This document shows, one piece after another, positions 62,727 through 64,000 of a DNA stretch of 64,000 bases. The notes below the pieces were generated by a model, which worked only from the letters and a program-made list of their open reading frames with translations, was not told the DNA's origin and made no database searches. Made by a program: the position numbers and the translations under genes. The DNA is from Candidatus Saccharimonadales bacterium. Lineage in GTDB: Bacteria; Patescibacteriota; Saccharimonadia; Saccharimonadales; JAYRRP01. The stretch's first letter is position 1, and the number at the start of each line of letters is the position of its first letter. The stretch lies in contig JAYRIP010000005.1 of the NCBI GenBank assembly GCA_041906765.1, positions 65,581 through 129,580 on the forward strand, in the 5' to 3' direction.

Positions 62727-64000
62727 ATGGAGAGGGATAGATTTGAATCTGATAAACCCCGTGAAGCCTGTGGAGTACTTGGTATATATGCGCCCGGTGA
62801 GGATGTAGCAACCCTGGCTTATCTGGGAGCGGAAGCCTTGCAGCATCGTGGGCAGGACGCCGCCGGTATTGCGGTGTGGAATGAGGGCAAATTGAATGGT
62901 TATAAAGATGAGGGTCTTGTTTCAGAAGTGCTAACCCATGCGGTGCGGGAGAGCTTAGGGCCGGCCGAAGCAGCAATTGCACATACCCGCTATGGGACAG
63001 TCAAGGGCACAGGATTCCAAGCAGCTCAACCAATTCCAAAAGAAGGTCCCCCGGGAGAATATTTTGCTCTGGCCCATAATGGCCACATATCGCTTAATTC
63101 CCAAGAACTCGCTGGCCATATTACGGACTCGGAGTGGTTTGCTGACCGAGTTGCGAAGAGGTGGGCAGAGGGCACACCTTTGCCGCAAGCACTTGTAGAC
63201 ATAGCTCGCGGAGTAACAGGTGCGTACTCTATTACGGCACTCGGACAGGGCCAACTTATTGCCATGCGTGATCCTAATGGTTTCCGTCCGCTCGAACTAG
63301 GTAAGCTTGAAAACGAAGATGCTTATGTGGTGGCTAGCGAAAGTGTAGCTCTTGATCAAGTTGGTGCGACCCATTTACGAGAAATAAATCCGGGTGAACT
63401 GGTAGTGATTGACAACGAAGGAGTACATAGCCGACAATTTGCCGAGCCAAATCCTAAGCTCTGTACCTTTGAGTACGTATACTTTGCTCGACCCGATAGC
63501 ATTATCAATGGCCAAGTTGTACAAGAAACTCGCTTCCGCATGGGGGAATATCTGGCAGAGCAAAATGAGATCGAAGCTGATATGGTGATTGGAGTACCTA
63601 ATTCAGGCATGGCAGCTGCCGAAGGTTTTGCCGAAGCCAGCGGCATCCCTATGAAGCAGGCATTAATTAAAAACCCATATGTTACCAGGACGTTTATCAA
63701 GGATAATCAAGCAGATCGCGAAGCAGCGGTAAGAATGAAGCTTAATCCTCTCAAAAACCGAATTACTGGCCAACGACTTATTCTCGTAGATGATTCGATT
63801 GTCCGTGGCACAACAACAAAAGCGCTGGTTTCTATGTTGCGAAAAGCCGGTGCCAGTGAAGTCCATATGAAAGTGTCGTCGCCCTCATATGTCTGGCCCT
63901 GTTTTTATGGCATGGACACTGGACAGCCAACGGAGTTACTTGCCAACCGCATGAATCAGCGCGAAATGACTGAGTATCTAGGCCTTGATTCGCTTGATTT
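62727..64000 (+). CDS. purF: amidophosphoribosyltransferase (glutamine PRPP amidotransferase), 3' end outside window
   Basis: It is absent from the ORF track because it has no stop in the window. Hand translation gives MERDRFESDKPREACGVLGIYAPGEDVA...ALQHRGQDAAGIAV...AHTRYGT...LAHNGHI...CTFEYVYFARPDS...VIGVPNSGMAAAEGFA...LILVDDSIVRGTT...CFYGMDT. This has the Ntn catalytic Cys and the PRTase motif. Confidence 0.85.
   Translation, partial: MERDRFESDKPREACGVLGIYAPGEDVATLAYLGAEALQHRGQDAAGIAVWNEGKLNGYKDEGLVSEVLTHAVRESLGPAEAAIAHTRYGTVKGTGFQAAQPIPKEGPPGEYFALAHNGHISLNSQELAGHITDSEWFADRVAKRWAEGTPLPQALVDIARGVTGAYSITALGQGQLIAMRDPNGFRPLELGKLENEDAYVVASESVALDQVGATHLREINPGELVVIDNEGVHSRQFAEPNPKLCTFEYVYFARPDSIINGQVVQETRFRMGEYLAEQNEIEADMVIGVPNSGMAAAEGFAEASGIPMKQALIKNPYVTRTFIKDNQADREAAVRMKLNPLKNRITGQRLILVDDSIVRGTTTKALVSMLRKAGASEVHMKVSSPSYVWPCFYGMDTGQPTELLANRMNQREMTEYLGLDSLD

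Noticed and set aside
62704-63866. Several 62-114-aa minus-strand ORFs at the right end
   Set aside because: All of them are antisense to the clearly recognisable purF reading frame.

Overview
This is a tightly packed 64-kb window next to the chromosomal origin. I saw no transposase, integrase, rRNA or CRISPR array. All calls come from reading the sequence and ORF translations by eye, and motif coordinates were hand-counted. Layout: (i) 1-30173 is a ~30-kb cell-envelope glycan locus. It holds a priming sugar-phosphate transferase, rfbB-rfbC-rfbD plus a separated rfbA (dTDP-L-rhamnose), three GT4 and four GT2 glycosyltransferases, a Wzm/Wzt-type ABC exporter and an O-antigen-ligase-like protein. 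It also holds a 4-gene 6-deoxy-hexosamine-type nucleotide-sugar operon, a methyltransferase, two lipid-linked (GtrA/GtrB-style) glycosylation modules built around paralogous 666/668-aa polytopic proteins, and two secreted repeat proteins (a CHAP-lectin fusion and an FG-GAP-like protein). (ii) 30170-36224 is the canonical origin core, jag-yidC-rnpA-rpmH | dnaA-dnaN-recF, with DnaA boxes on both sides of dnaA. rpmH is missing from the ORF track and was found by hand. (iii) 36226-54985 is a Gram-positive-style type IV secretion (T4SS)-like locus. It has a VirB6/TrbL-like protein, a PrgI/VirB3-like protein, an apparently split VirB4 ATPase, six tandem VirB2/TrbC-like pilin paralogs, and two giant proteins carrying four different peptidoglycan-hydrolase domains. 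There is no coupling protein, relaxase or integrase in the window. Three toxin-antitoxin cassettes (VapBC-like, MazE/Doc-like, RelBE-like) interrupt or flank this locus. Each is bracketed by a recurring 23-bp palindrome, most copies of which (four of five) lie next to arrays of GGACTAN heptamers, and a ~120-bp duplication of the PrgI-like gene start marks one insertion. (iv) 55808-64000 holds hsp20, comF, tRNA-Ser(UGA), a three-gene module (coiled-coil / tandem MazG-like / membrane protein), tRNA-Arg(GCG) with a 20-nt duplication of its 3' end, a membrane protein, an MFS transporter and a 3'-truncated purF. Several genes have a -10 hexamer about 7 nt upstream of the ATG, which suggests leaderless mRNAs. 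Gene content and style suggest a small-genome monoderm-like bacterium, possibly Patescibacteria/Saccharibacteria-like. That taxonomic call is an inference only.
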